Source: Eledone cirrhosa
Lineage: Eukaryota
DNA: 64,000 nucleotides
Assembly: GCA_964016885.1 (NCBI GenBank)
Contig: OZ024742.1
Location: 147,932,001-147,996,000, forward strand
Direction: 5' to 3'
The notes under the pieces: model-generated
The model's database searches: none
What the model saw: the letters and a program-made list of their open reading frames with translations, nothing else
What the model was told of the DNA's origin: nothing
Program-made: the position numbers and the translations under genes
Shown: one piece after another, positions 41,664 through 55,410 of the stretch
Position numbering within the stretch: position 1 is the stretch's first letter
Layout: every line of letters begins with the position of its first letter

Positions 41664-43170
41664 TATTATTATCTGCTTGTCGAACAGCATTTGTTGCTGG
41701 TGATGTAATACTGGTGTCAGCTGTCCACAACCAGTGGACTTAGGTGGTACCTTCAATTGTCAAACACTTTTCTAAGTATTCTAGCAGTTCCAAGAAATGT
41801 TGTTTTCTGTAAGGGCACTACTCTGATTTTGGCCCCAATTTTTTAAAAATAGTTATAGTACCAAACACCCTGTCTACAACTAGGACCACCTCAACCTTTT
41901 TCAATTGCCTACAAATGTTTTATCTCCTATACTAGTGATTCACTCAATCTTCTTCAATTCTTTGTCACAAACCTTATTGTCATGAGACAAGCCACATCCA
42001 GAATCAAACATTGTTTGTTAACTTTGTTCATCACTACAGTATCTGGTTTGTGATGTTCAATTTCACAGGCACATTGGAATATAAAGTCCCATAGAATCTT
42101 GACATGATCATTTTCTACAACACCTGGTTTATGCTCATACTACTAACTTACTCTTTTGAGACCTTATTTTCCACAACTGCCAATGAATGATTTTTACTAT
42201 GTTATCATGATGCCACTTCTATCTGTGCCAGCTTTGTGCACTGGTTGGTGATATGCCATACAGTTTCTGCCTTTATTTTACACATCCTACATTTTTGTTT
42301 CACCTAAGTTGTCAATTTTGTGCTTAACATAATTGCTCCTTGGGGTTTGCTCTTTGCTGCACAAACTAAAGTTTCTGTTACTGGTTTAAGGTCACTTTTC
42401 TGCATCCATAGACACATCTTCTCCAAATTGGTTTTGGCTTCTGTGTCCCTGTAAAATTGCTCATACATCCTCTTTTATTTCTATCTCCTTTCAGTTTCAA
42501 TTCGCTTCTCCTTCTTGAATTCAGTTTTTTTTTTGCAATCCCAAATTTTCATTACATTTGACTTATTATAATTTCTTGCTGCCTCAGATATATAGTGGCT
42601 CCCTTCAGATCTTTTACTCATTCAGCCTCTTTTCTTTTACTCCCCAACTGTTTACATTCCTGTTCATTTGGGACCAACATTTTTACTACTAATCCTCCAT
42701 TAATTTCCTGATAGAACTTCTTTTGTTCCTTCTGAAGAGCTTGTTTTGTTGGAATTGTTTAATTCACTGCTCACATCTGAATACCATTGCTTTCTTTGCA
42801 ATCACATATTTCAATTCTTCTAAGACAATCAAGAACCCCTTTCTATGTCATGTTTTCTCTCCAGTCTATCATATTTCTGCTAATTTGTAAGTTTGTCTTT
42901 GATTTTTTTATCTAATACTGAAATGTCTTTCACAAGTGTTTTAATACTTTGCTGCATGTGTCACATCATAAGCAACTTCTTTTTCAGTTCCTTTGTTTGT
43001 CATATTTCCAGCTTCTTCAGACTTCATTCTTCATGTCAAAAACCCTTCTGCTGATAAACTCAAGCTCTATATCAGTTAGCCACCCATTCTTTCTAATCGC
43101 ACTAACTTGGTCAAATATTTTCTGTTCAGTTGTTTCAAACCTTCCCCTTTCCCGCCATTGTCTGTATCCT
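41664..43170 (-). mobile_element. Old, internally deleted R4/Dong-clade LINE
   Basis: N-terminal motif GYRQW..F..TEQKIFDQV.AIRKNGWL..ELE (43017-43170); RLE-region remnant VKILWDF.FQC..EIEHHKPD..V..K....C.ILDVAC near 41990-42105; short (TAA) tail at 41664. Confidence 0.7.
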
Positions 43171-45069
43171 ATTGGTTTTCCATTATTGTCAATGGTAGAG
43201 CATCGGACACCATGCTTCACAGCATATAGTTATGGCCCTTTATGTACTGAGTTCAAATCCTGCCAAGGTTAACCTTGCATTTCATCCTTATGGGGTCGAT
43301 AAAATAAAGCACTGGGGTCGATGTAATCGATTTTTCCCTCCCCTAAAAATTGTTGGACTTGTGCCTGTTTCTACTTTAGGTACAAGGCCAGCAATTACCC
43401 AGTACATTACTGGTACTTTATTTTATCGACCCAGTAAGGATGAAAGGCAACCTCAAATCCCGCCGAGGTTAACTATGCCTTTCATCCTTACGGGGTCGAT
43501 AAAATAAAGTACCAGTAAGGCACTGGGTAATTGCTGGCCTTGTGCCTAAAGTAGAAACAATTATTAATAATAATAATGATTTTTTTTTACTCTTATTGTA
43601 ATTTATATTTTTCAAATAATAATAACTGACAGAATCATTAGAGCATCAGACAAATGTGCAGTAGTATTTATTCCGGTTCTTTATGTTCTGAGTTCAAATC
43701 CCACTGAGGTCAACTTTACCTTTCATCCTTTCAGGGTTGACAAAATAAAGTACTGGGGTCAATTTATTTGACTTCCCCTCCCCCAAATTACTGGCCTTGT
43801 ACCAAAATTAAAAACAACTATTTAAATCCCATGGAGGTTAATTTTGCCTTTCATCCTTCTGGAGTTGATAAAATAAAGTACTAATCGCACACTGAGGTTG
43901 ATGTAATCAACTTTCCCCTCCCCAGAAATTGTAGGTCTTGCACCTAAATTAGAAATCATTATCATTATTATTATGAAGGCAGTGGGTTGGTAGAATCATT
44001 AGTGTTGGAGAAAATGCTTTGCAATGTTTAGTTTCATTATGAGTTCAAATACTGTAGAGGTCAACCTTGCCTTACATCCTTCTTGACTTTTTTTAATCTC
44101 TTTCCAACACATTCACCTCCGACCTTCATTATATTTCCTGGTTAGTTGGGATGGTGATGTATAAATATAGGCATATTTAACTACATTGAAAATTAGACTA
44201 AACATACATAGTACAGGAGTCAATGATCTATTTAATCTTTTAGTGATGAATTTTAGGATTGTATCTTATAAAAAATAAAGGGACCTCCATCAGTTTCAAT
44301 GATGAGTGTTTCAGCTGTTTAGTCAATGGAATAACCTACTCATTATTGGATTGGCAGTATCGGTAGAGGGTCGGACGCCATGCTTTGCAGCAAAGAGTTA
44401 CGGTCCCTTATGGTCTGAGTTCAAATCACGCCGAGGTTAACTTTGCCTTTCATCCTTACTGGGTCGATAAAATAAAGCACCAGTAATACACTGGGATAAT
44501 TGCTGGCTTTGTGCCAAAAGTAGAAACAATTATATTAATGTGTAAGTGGTTGAGTATTCCACAGATACGTGTACACTTCACATAATTCTTAGGTAGTTCA
44601 AGCTTGACACAGTGTGTGACAAGGATACTCTTCAATTTACATGTACAGTCCATTGATGAACTTCCAAACAGTTTCTGTCTACACAATTTCATTCACAAGG
44701 TTTCGGTTGACTCAAGTCTCGGGTAACAAACTTTGCTCAAGATGCCACACAAGAGGAACCTCATTAGCACTGGATTTCATCCTTTTGAGGCTATAAGCAC
44801 TTAAAATATTATGGTGCCTCCCTCTCTTGATATATAAAATCAGCAAAAAAAACTTTTTTAATGACAAATACATCTAATTTGAATAGGATGATGTCCCTCT
44901 TCCCTTGATGTCCTAAACATGTGTTTATTTTGTTTACTTTTAATCCAGCCCTGAACCTCATGGTTGTGAAGCAAAGTTCTTAACCATTCACTCATGTTGC
45001 ATCTATCATAAAGGAACATGAAATGCCTATAGGACAGCGAATTTTCAAGACTAATCACATTTTAGCCAC

Positions 45070-45310
45070 TTAACCCTTTTGACACCAAACTGCCTCAGAT
45101 TCTATGATACTACACTGTTTATGTTGAAGTGCATATATTTATATAAAAATCTTCCATCATAATTTTATGTAAAAAACCTCTAGGTTATGTTTCAATTATT
45201 AATAATATTAGCTATACTACTAAATCCCTCCAAATTCTTGATTATTTTCAAAATTATTTGAAAACCATAGGCAGTGTCCTTCACTAGAAATATAGAAACA
45301 GAAGGGTTAA
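45070..45310. mobile_element. piggyBac-type MITE of a second family (relatives at 11004-11260, 40026-40250 and 35248 onward)
   Basis: ttaa|cccttt...gaaggg|ttaa termini and shared internal 'aaaatcttcca.cat..ttt.atgt'. Confidence 0.55.
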
Positions 45311-46356
45311 TCTACATTAATGCAATAGCAGTCTCTAAGTGGTTGCCAAACATTTTATTCTTGGCACACTTTAAAGCAGGTATCCCCAGTGGGTGAATTA
45401 CTTGCTCAGGGGGTAAATTTGTTGATTTTGCAGTTGTACATATTTTTTTTTTCAATGTTTAAGAACAATAAAATTGAGAAGAAAATTTGAAGTAGGTTTA
45501 ATTTATTTATTATCATTATCCTTGTTATTTTACGTACCCTTTCCATGCTGGCATAAACTAGACCAGACAAGTTGGAGAGACCAATCTTGCTCATTATGTT
45601 TCATATTTGACATGGTTTCTATGACGGGATGCCCTTCTAACACTAACCACTTTACAAGGTGCACTGGGAGCATTTTTCATGACATCAGCATTGGGTATGT
45701 TTTTCATGATACCAGCAAAACCACGTTACAGTGGACTGGGTGCATTTTATTGTGGTACCAGCACTAGCACTTTACAGGGTGTTTATTAAAATACTAATTT
45801 GTTTTCTTTCTACCATTTTGGACTTTGATTGACGTCTTCACATTAACTGACTGTACATGATCATCGTACCAGTATATGTTCATTAGTTATTCATATTGGC
45901 TGATTGTATTTGGTCCCAGTACTGGTATCAGTTCATAATTAGTTATTCTTAGGTAAGTGAAATAACATTTTGTACTATTATAGTCATTTGAACCTAAAAT
46001 AATAATGTTGAAAACAGTATTATATAATTTGCTTTTTGTCCATTACTATCAGCTCTATTAAGTAGATCTATAAGATGAGAGTAGCCATTCAGCACTTCCA
46101 ACATATACTAATTCTTAATCACTACTTACAGCACTTATTCTGAACATGGGGCTAGAGAACAATTTGAAGATTGGGAGGGAGGGTATTTTTTAAAAATTGT
46201 ATATTTTTAACATCAAACATATTTTTATATTGCGTAGAGCATCAACATTTTTATAGCATCACAGTAGGACAAACAAAAAGTTTTAGAACTACTGGGTATG
46301 TTTCTGCTATTTATTTATTTACTAGGGATCAGATGCAGGGCGATCAAAATTGATGG

Positions 46357-46884
46357 AAGTTACGGAGTAGGTAGACCCAGAAAAACCTGGGACGATTTGA
46401 TAAATTCGGCCTTACATACTTGCACCTCTCTAAGATGATGTTACTGTACCGAGAACTTTGGTGCCATGCAGTAATACACAAGTCCTGCCTTGCCTATATA
46501 CAAAGTGAAACCTACAGTCAGTAGACACCTCTTAACCAAATATACACCCCAACCCACTACCCCTACTCCATTCTCCCACTCCTACCAACACCACCCTTTC
46601 TCTGTAAAGTTATGTTGGTACCACAACAACCAGTCCAAACTAATGAGGTTGTGTAGATGTCACGACAAAAAAACACAGTCCACGCTGTAATGTGGCCATG
46701 TAGGTAACACGGTAAAAAGCTCCCAGTCCACACTGTAAATATGGTTGGTGTTAGGAAGGGCATCCAGCCATAGAAAACCTGCCAGATAGTTCTATACAAG
46801 CGAGACATGGTCACCCGACCAATCTTGCCTCAAGAGGGACAATTCCCGTTTAACCCATGCTAGCGTGGAAGATAGACGTTAAAC

Positions 46885-46923
<39 letters not shown>
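46357..46923 (+). mobile_element. RTE 3' end with a long UTR and (ATG)n tail
   Basis: Colinear with 32641-33177. Confidence 0.8.
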
Positions 46924-49900
46924 ACTTAAATATAAGCTGATACAAATATAAGCCAACAACACTATTTTATGCCTGAGAAATGGGCAAAAATCCATATCCC
47001 ATGTACAAGCTGAGAAAGCTAATCAACACAATGTTTAAATGGTGTGGTTTTTAAAATTCTCATGAATGGAGAATATATTTATGGAGTTTTAATATTTTGA
47101 TATTTAAAATGTTTTAAATATCAGTTAGACTATAAATTTTGTTTTAGAACTCCATTATGTAATGATTATTTTACAAATTTCCGACTGTTCTGAAGGCTTT
47201 ATTTGTTCACACACATAAAAAAAACAATAGGAAAAATGAATTTCATGTTGAAAATGAAACCAGTGTAATATTCTCTGCCAAAGTGAACATATCAATCAAT
47301 GAGACACATACAGATAGACCAAAATAGCAGAAAAAAATAAACAAACAAACAAACAAATTAGTCACAATAAAAAAATAAAAAAAAATATTTCAAATTTTCT
47401 TTTCAACTTCAGATTGTTTTTGTATTATATTTTTTATTATAATAGAAACATTTTTTTCCAAATCCAGAATTAGCAAATTTACTCTCTGAGAAGGTGAAAT
47501 TTTTCCTGAGGGTAAATTTACCCAAGGCTGAGAATTCATGCTGTATATAGTTAACCTATTACACAGCTATTACCAGATGTTTAAGTTTAACATGCTAGAT
47601 TTAGATATAGATTAGGACTTATTGTATGAAATTAATTACACAATGAAAAAGAAAAAAACAAAAACAATGGGGATTTATTATAGGAGAATTCTAGTTGTAT
47701 TAATACATTAATCATCATTATCATCATCTCCATCATCATTTCACGTCCATTTCTATGATGGCATGGGCTGGACAAGTTGTCACAGACCAAGTCAGTACTT
47801 AATCAGAGCTACTGACCTCTCAAATGAGCTGAGGGCCCATATATTGTTTAATGTGCCAGCATTTTACAGAGTGTATTGGGTGCATTCTTTAATGACACCA
47901 GCTCTTGGAAGGTAGTTGTGCCCATGACACAAATGAAAAGATATAGATATATAAATACTTTCTTGCTGACAGAAATATATTCAAATTACACTATCTACAC
48001 TTTAAAAAAAACACAAAAAAAGACATTACTGTATTTGATGGCATGTAAAATACTTGAAAATATAAAACCTCCTCCCCACTTTAGCCTACTAGATACCTCA
48101 ACTTCACATATAAGATCTAGGAAACATTTAAAAAAATCCATTTTTAGGGTTTGTATGACATCAAATATAGTATATAAGCAACATGCAAATTTATTTCTTC
48201 ACAAACTACAGTGACCAAGAATGAGAAGCAAATAATCAGTACAGTAGGATGATAGTCTATCTTTGTAAAGTTTTTCCAGCACATCTGGTAGCTATTATCT
48301 CCAGTTAGTTTTTTGTTCAGAGATACAATTAACATGAAGTGGATATAAACATTTGAATAAGGAGTTTTGTAGTTCAAATTTCTGGTAGATTTAATCTACT
48401 GTTCTGTTTAACATCGCACCTGGTCTTTGGGAGCTTTTAGTAGAGTCCACTTCATTGCAAGCATTCAAGCTAGAACACGGGTTGGAGAATAACTTTCTTT
48501 CCTTCTAAGAAGTTGGTTTGAAGACTAGAAAATGTTATTGGCATTGCCATTCCTCCTCTGATTAAGCAATGAAAAAATTAAATACTACAGCATTAACTTA
48601 ACTATTGTATTTCATGAAGATGGTGTACATTCATGTACAATATTGTACATTTACTTGATTAAACCCTTGTTATCACTTTGACGAGTACAGTGAAGTTTAT
48701 TCATAGTTGAAGAGGTCTAAGACTGAAACATATTCTGAGTTGTCTCCTACTCTTGCCCCAAATTAGTAGAATAATATTACTCATTGAAATATTGTTAATT
48801 ATTTCTGATTAGGTTTTTTTAAAATGCTCACTACATATTTTTTATGCTACATATCTTTTTTTAAAATACCTTAGAGTGTCTAGGAATACACAATCAGATC
48901 CTGGGGAGCTAAAGAAAGGCCCACAAATATCAAATATTCTCCCATGCACTCAAAAACGCCTCTTTACCTCCTTGAATTTTAAGAAGAGCTCTCCTCTTCT
49001 AAAACCTGAAAGCAGTTTTGTTTTACCTTGCAAAATTCATCTTGGAGGCCTTGTGAACCATTATAGTTTCAGCAGAAGCATAGTTTTTTTTTGTGTGTGT
49101 GTGTGATCTTTATTGATTTGAAGTTGTATATCAGAGATATATAACATCTATCAATTGTGTAATACTATCAAATATATAACTTCAAGACACCAAGATCAGA
49201 GAATAATTACTTTTTCAATAAATGCTAACACTGCAATATTTAGTACAGCTTTCATTATTTAAAAACATAGGCAGGTGGTAGCCTGGCAAATCATTAAGAA
49301 CGTTGGACAAAATGCATTTAGTTACAACTTGCTCAAATCCCATTGAGGTTAACTTTGCCTTTCATCATTCCAAGGTCGATAAAGTAAAGTACCAGTAAAG
49401 TATTGGGGTTGGTATAATTAACTTTCCTTCTCCTGTAAAACTGTTAGGCTTGTATTCAAATTAGAAACTATTATATAAAAGCATATCGATTTTATTAATG
49501 GAATTTGTCAGGGTTTTTACTTCAATTTGACCTTTTAGTTGATTACTCATAGCCAACTATTAAGATCATAAATTCTTGGTCAATGTTTTCATTTGTATTG
49601 GTGTACATTTTCCTCAAAACATTTCTTACAGAAATCAATAATGCAAAAAACAAAAAAAGGGAATGAAAATCAATATATCATACTATATAATCGCTTTATT
49701 TCAGATACTTGGTGTGATAATTAAATGTCAAAACTGAAGTTGAACATATGAACTATCAGCAGGTAGTTCAGTATGCTATACACTCACCCATTTAACTTTT
49801 ACAACTATCATCACATGCAGTATCGAGTTTCATTTCTATGTTCTGAGTTCAAATCCTGCCAATGTCAACTTTGTCTTTCATTTTTCTGGGGTCAATATAG

Positions 49901-50352
49901 TATGTAAATGGTAAAAGATGAAAGGCAAAATTGACTTTGATGAGATTTGAACTTAAAGCGTAACCAAGGCATTTTTAATTTGATGCACTAATAACTTTGC
50001 CAATTTGCTGCCTTAATAAAGTATGTACCAGTAATATACTGTAATTGGTTTATCAACTGTGTCTTTATTTAAAATTTTATTTTTATAAATAATTTATATT
50101 CTAGCTATGGTGCTTCATGGCAAGATGCCTTTCCATCAGTAATCTACAAGGCTCAAGTAAGAGTCATGCTGTAGTATTACTCACAAATATGTGACAGTGA
50201 TATTCTAGATGATATCCAAATGATAGGCAGTGAATTGGTAGTCATTAGAGCATTGGCAAAAATGCCTTACAGTATTTGTTCCAGTTTTATACATTTTGAT
50301 TAAAATCTTGCTGAAGTTAACTTTACCTTTCATCCTTTTGAAGTTTATAATA

Positions 50353-50529
50353 CAGGTAAAATTCCATTATAATAAATGTCATTATAACAAATTTTTCGGT
50401 ATAACGAAATGTTTTTCAATCCCCAGCCACATGCTTGATGTGTTAGGTCGATTTCATTATAAAGAATTTTTCATAACAACATTTTTTTTTTTTATACCCA
50501 GTGAATTTCGTTATAATGGAATTTCACTG
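50353..50529. mobile_element. Tc1/mariner (Tigger-like) MITE inserted into a SINE
   Basis: TA|caggtaaaattccattataa...ttataatggaatttcactg|TA. Confidence 0.7.
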
Positions 50530-52099
50530 TATAATGTATTGGTCTAGGGCAGTGGATTGACAGAATTGTTAGAAAATCAAATGAGATGCCTTGTGGTATT
50601 TGTTCTGGCTTTTTGCATTCTGAGTTCAAATACCACTGTGGACGTACTTCAATGGTAGGTTTAATTTGGTTTAACTGGTTTAATTTGGGTACCTTTAGCA
50701 GAGTTCACTCTGTGGCAAGCATTTAGACTATGTCTTTGGTTTGAACATACCTCCTCCTCCCAGTATCAGAAGTCCTGAAAAGGACGAGGACACTATTCTT
50801 CTCACTCTGTATTGATTCCAACCCCTCCCTGAAAATGTGTAGCTTTGCATTGATGTTAGAAATCAATATAACTATTGCTTGTGATAAATCAATACAATGA
50901 CATAAATGTTGGAAATCAATATATTCATTATTGGTAAAAGCAGTGGATAGCAGAGAGACAGACAAAATGATTTAAGATATTTAGTTATGTCAGTGGTTCT
51001 TAAACTATTTTGCTCCACAACACCTTGAAAAGTTTGATGCTTCTCAATATAAAAATGTTTGGTGTTAAAAAGATATAAAACTTTGATGTGAAATTACCAC
51101 TACACCCTTCTGGAGGAAGGGAGGGGAGGGAGGGAGCATGTTTATCACATTCAGAATCACTGAGTCGAAATCCTTTCAAAGTTAATAAAAATACTAAAGT
51201 GAAATATTGCGTTGATTAAATTGACTATACTCCCCCAAAAATATGAGGCCTTTGGAGGTGGACTGCAGAAAGGCTGTCAGCTGCACAAAATGCTTTGGAG
51301 TATCACAGTTAAATGTTGTAATCACAGGTCAACTCAAATGGAACCGACCTATGATCAAAGGTATTCTAACAGTGACTACCCTGTCTTTGCTTTTATGTAT
51401 GGTATAATCTAGAATGACATTACTGAATGTGTTTTTCCTTTATATTTTAAGTTAGTCAGGACTGATTTGAGGGAAAATTGGCTAATATTTCACAAAACTA
51501 TGATTACCCTGTACAGCAAAGCCTTTCAAACTTTTCACATTGGTGAGACACTTTTTAAAAATAAAATTTTCATGACATTCAGTTTTGTTAGTGAAGTTAA
51601 AATAAATAACTCAAAATATATATAAAAAGAAAAAAATTCGATAGGATACATAAGTTTGTATGCAAAATTGTCATCATTATTATTTGATTTTGGCGTGGAT
51701 TGAAGGTGGTGGATTGGCAGTATCGGTAGAGGGTCGGACGCCATGCTTTGACACATAGAGTTACGGCCTTTGCCATTCTGAGTTCAAATCCCGCCGAGGT
51801 TAACTTTGCTTTCATCCTTACGTGGTCGATAAAATAAAGTACCAGTAATGCTGGTAATGCTGGTAATTGCTGGCCTTGTGCCAAACGTAGAAACAATTAT
51901 TATTTGATTTTGGCAGTATCGGTAGAGGGTCAGATGCCATGCTTTGCAGCACAGTTACGTCCGTTTACGAACTGAGTTCAAATCCTGCCGAGGTTAACTT
52001 TGCCTTTCATCCTTACGGGGGTCGATAAAATAAAGTACCAGTAATGTACTGGGTAATTGCTGGCCTTGTGCCAAAAGTAGAAACAATTATTATTTTTTA

Positions 52100-52585
52100 T
52101 CTTCTTTTCCAATGGTTTGGACAGGTCCTCTCCAACACAGCATCTTGCCATTCATTACATTCCCTCATCATCCTTACTAGATTAGTTCTCACCAACTCTT
52201 CCTAGATCTTCCTCTATTGTCACTACATTCCACTGGGATTTCTTGGCACTTATCTATCCAATGCTCATCATCCATACACATCACATGTCCATACTGGTGC
52301 AGTCTTCTCTTTAGCACACTACATCTGGTTCTTTTTATACCCAGTTTTTCTCTCAGTTCATCCATATTCTGTTGTTCATATACACTAACATTACATATCC
52401 AGTGGAGCAAGCTTACTTAATTTCTCTCCAGCTTTCACATACCCTCTGTATTCACTGCCCATGTCTCACTACCATGCAACATCACACATTGCACAGAGGC
52501 CAGCCTTTCATTTGCAAAGAGAAACCTTTTGTTTTCATCAGAGACAGTAGTTGTTTAAAGTTTTTCCATCCTGTTCATATTCTAG
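52100..52585 (-). mobile_element. Degenerate RTE 3' fragment
   Basis: LREKLGI...RRLHQYGHVM...RGRSRKSW. Confidence 0.75.
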
Positions 52586-54502
52586 CTCAGAAATATTTAT
52601 ACAAATTGATTAGATTTGACTTAATTTTGTAATACACCTAAAGGTTATCAGCAACACACTAAAGAAGGGATACCCAGACTTTGTTAGGCTATCAACTCTT
52701 TTAAAGAATCCTTGATCCCTCATTGATCCCAAGCAAGTACACAAATAAATAAGTAAATAATAAATCAATAAAGAAAATATAAAATAAACAGACAATAAAT
52801 TACATATACATCAGAAACCTATATACTAAGTTGTATTTTATTGTATTATTTATGCATTTTAAGGGCAGTGGATTGGCAGTATTGGTAGAGCGTGGGACAC
52901 CCTGCTGCGCAGCATAGAGTTACGTCCCTTTATGTTCTAGGTTCAAATCCCGCTGACGTAGCTTTGCCTTTCATCCTTATGGGGCTGATAAAATAACGTA
53001 CCAGTCATGCACAGGAGTCGATTTAATCGACTTTCCCCGCCCCCCCAATTGCTAGCCTTGTACTAAATGTAGAAACAATTATTTTATACATTTTCATTTC
53101 TTATACAAATGTCAGGTTTTGGCTCATGAGTTCAACTGATCTCTGGAGGAAGGAGGAAGGCTATATCGACCACATTGAGTATCCCAGCATTAAAGTGTCT
53201 TAACATACAAATTGGAAATCGCTGATGTAGAGACTTCCTCATTAGCCCATTTATTTCTGATTTCTCACAAAGGCTATCCTGTAAACAACATTTGTGATTT
53301 AAATATGACATGTAAAGAAATGCTTTGTGCCACTCTCCCCTATCTTTTTCTCATGGAAACTATGAATCAATGATTAAATTAGTGCAAAAATAATTTCAGG
53401 AAACATTTTCTGTACCGCCTGAGAATCTACTTTAAGCTTATTGTTTACCATTATTTATCACTAATAATGTGAACAATTGATAATAAATGACAGAAAATGT
53501 TTAATGTATGCACATATATGCAAATAACTATGTGTTATTTGTGTCATGCTTGAATAGTCAATGAGGTAAAATTGTTACCTATGTTAACTATGGGAACTGA
53601 AAAACTATCCAAAATAACAAATTGCATATATAATTACTACAGTCCCAACATAAGCTGGGTTATGAATAAAGATAAGGACTCATATTTAGTTTTGCTGTAG
53701 AATTAAGCCCCACGGGAGCCTTTTTGGCAGCTTAGGATCAGGATTGAATTAACCAGTTTCATTGTTATTTATCAGTTTATCAGGATAATCTCTTCCTATC
53801 AGTATTGGGTGTCCTGGAATAGACAAGCACCCTCACAAGCATTACACAGCTATGCCAAATGCCACAGACTGAAAAATGTAGTTTATCAATAAATCATGGT
53901 TTTTCAATAACTAGGATTTTTTTCAACACGCTGACGCATACAAGTATATATGTGTGCGTGTGTATTTGTGTATATGCATACATTTATATGTATGACTATA
54001 TAAATATAAACGCTCAAACACAGACACACTTACAAACATACATTCACACAAACACACATATATTTATACACAAACATACACATACGCTGTCACACAGCGT
54101 AGCAAATGGAACGCCAGCCACTGTTTTGCTATAGTTTTTTCACCATATCCTGCCTCCCTTTTACACACACATTATGTGACGGACGGACGAAAGTCGCTCA
54201 AATTTATATATAGATAGATAGTTTCCATTCAGCATTCAGTTATGGATGTATTTACCTTCACCTACACTACAGCTTCTTAATGTCCTGTTTTACATGAAAC
54301 CGCACCAACCCAATCTAGGGGAGAAAACTTTATCTCCTACTGCTATTATTCATTTCTTGAGTTTTCTCAACCTCCAGAGAAAAATGATGTTATGCTTCCT
54401 CGTAGACATCAATGAACAGATACTTATAAGAGTCTTGAACGTACATGGGTTTTGAATAATGCAGGAGGTTGGGGAACCAATTAACCACGTAAGTTGTAGG
54501 CA

Positions 54503-54554
54503 GACAGGCAGAATGAGTTGGGGTTCAGAACCCAACGAAACTTGAGTACCTGTT
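54503..54554 (+). ncRNA. Type-I hammerhead ribozyme-like motif with a mutated core
   Basis: gacagg-CAGAAUGA-guuggg(loop)cccaac-GAAA-c uuga g-UA^ccuguu; stems I, II and III all pair. Confidence 0.55.
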
Positions 54555-54608
54555 TATGTCACTGTTGTAATTATACTAAACTCGTCCTATGGACTGAGTG
54601 CTCTTACC

Positions 54609-54682
<74 letters not shown>

Positions 54683-55071
54683 GAGTAAATCGAAGAGGTG
54701 GTGATAGAATTCTTGGCATATGCACGTTTAATAAAAACAATATATGTATAAGTTGTTTGAAAGAAATCTTCGTAAAGAGCAAACAAACAAATGATGTATA
54801 TGTTTGAAGATGTGGTATTAACTGCACTATCACTTTGAAAGCAAAAAGTTTCCATTAAAAATATTGAAATTGATTTATAGATCTACTGGACTTTATTTCA
54901 AGTATACTTCCAAAATAACAGTACACTATAAATTCACCAAAAGATTATTTAAAAATTCAACTATAACATTCTGTATATTTGGTATTACTGAAAATTGCCA
55001 GTAATATGCACAGTACATGTCGCATTTTAAAAGGGTACGTCAAAGCTTATTTGTAAAACTGTTATATATTG

Positions 55072-55136
55072 TATTTTGTCTGATGAAGGCATACCATAAT
55101 TTAATTTGGTAACCCTGAAATATGTATAATGAAATA
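55072..55136 (+). ncRNA. Type-I hammerhead ribozyme-like motif (Penelope pLTR type)
   Basis: uauuuugu-CUGAUGA-agg..uacca..uggua..ccu-GAAA-uaugua-UA^augaaaua. Canonical core, 8-bp stem I with two G-U pairs, overlapping a downstream AATAAA. Confidence 0.6.
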
Positions 55137-55175
55137 AATATGGTTTTATAAATATAGTTTCCATTTATTAATATC

Positions 55176-55215
<40 letters not shown>

Positions 55216-55258
55216 TCAGTCCATAGGACGAGTTTAGTATAATTCCAACAGTGACATA

Positions 55259-55310
55259 AACAGGTACTCAAATTTCGTTGGGTTCTGGACCCCAACTCAT
55301 TCAGCCTGTC
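55259..55310 (-). ncRNA. Type-I hammerhead ribozyme-like motif (inverted copy)
   Basis: Minus strand reads gacagg-CUGAAUGA-guuggg guccagaa cccaac-GAAA-u uuga g-UA^ccuguu. Confidence 0.6.
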
Positions 55311-55362
55311 TGCCTACAACTTACGTGGTTAATTGGTTCCCCAACCTCCTGCATTATTTAAA

Positions 55363-55410
<48 letters not shown>

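Larger units (their letters stand above)
54450..55363. repeat. Inverted repeat, ~152 bp arms (54450-54601 and 55212-55363), with a ~610 bp spacer
   Basis: The arms are reverse complements with about five substitutions; (TA)n runs lie at both inner edges. Confidence 0.92.
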
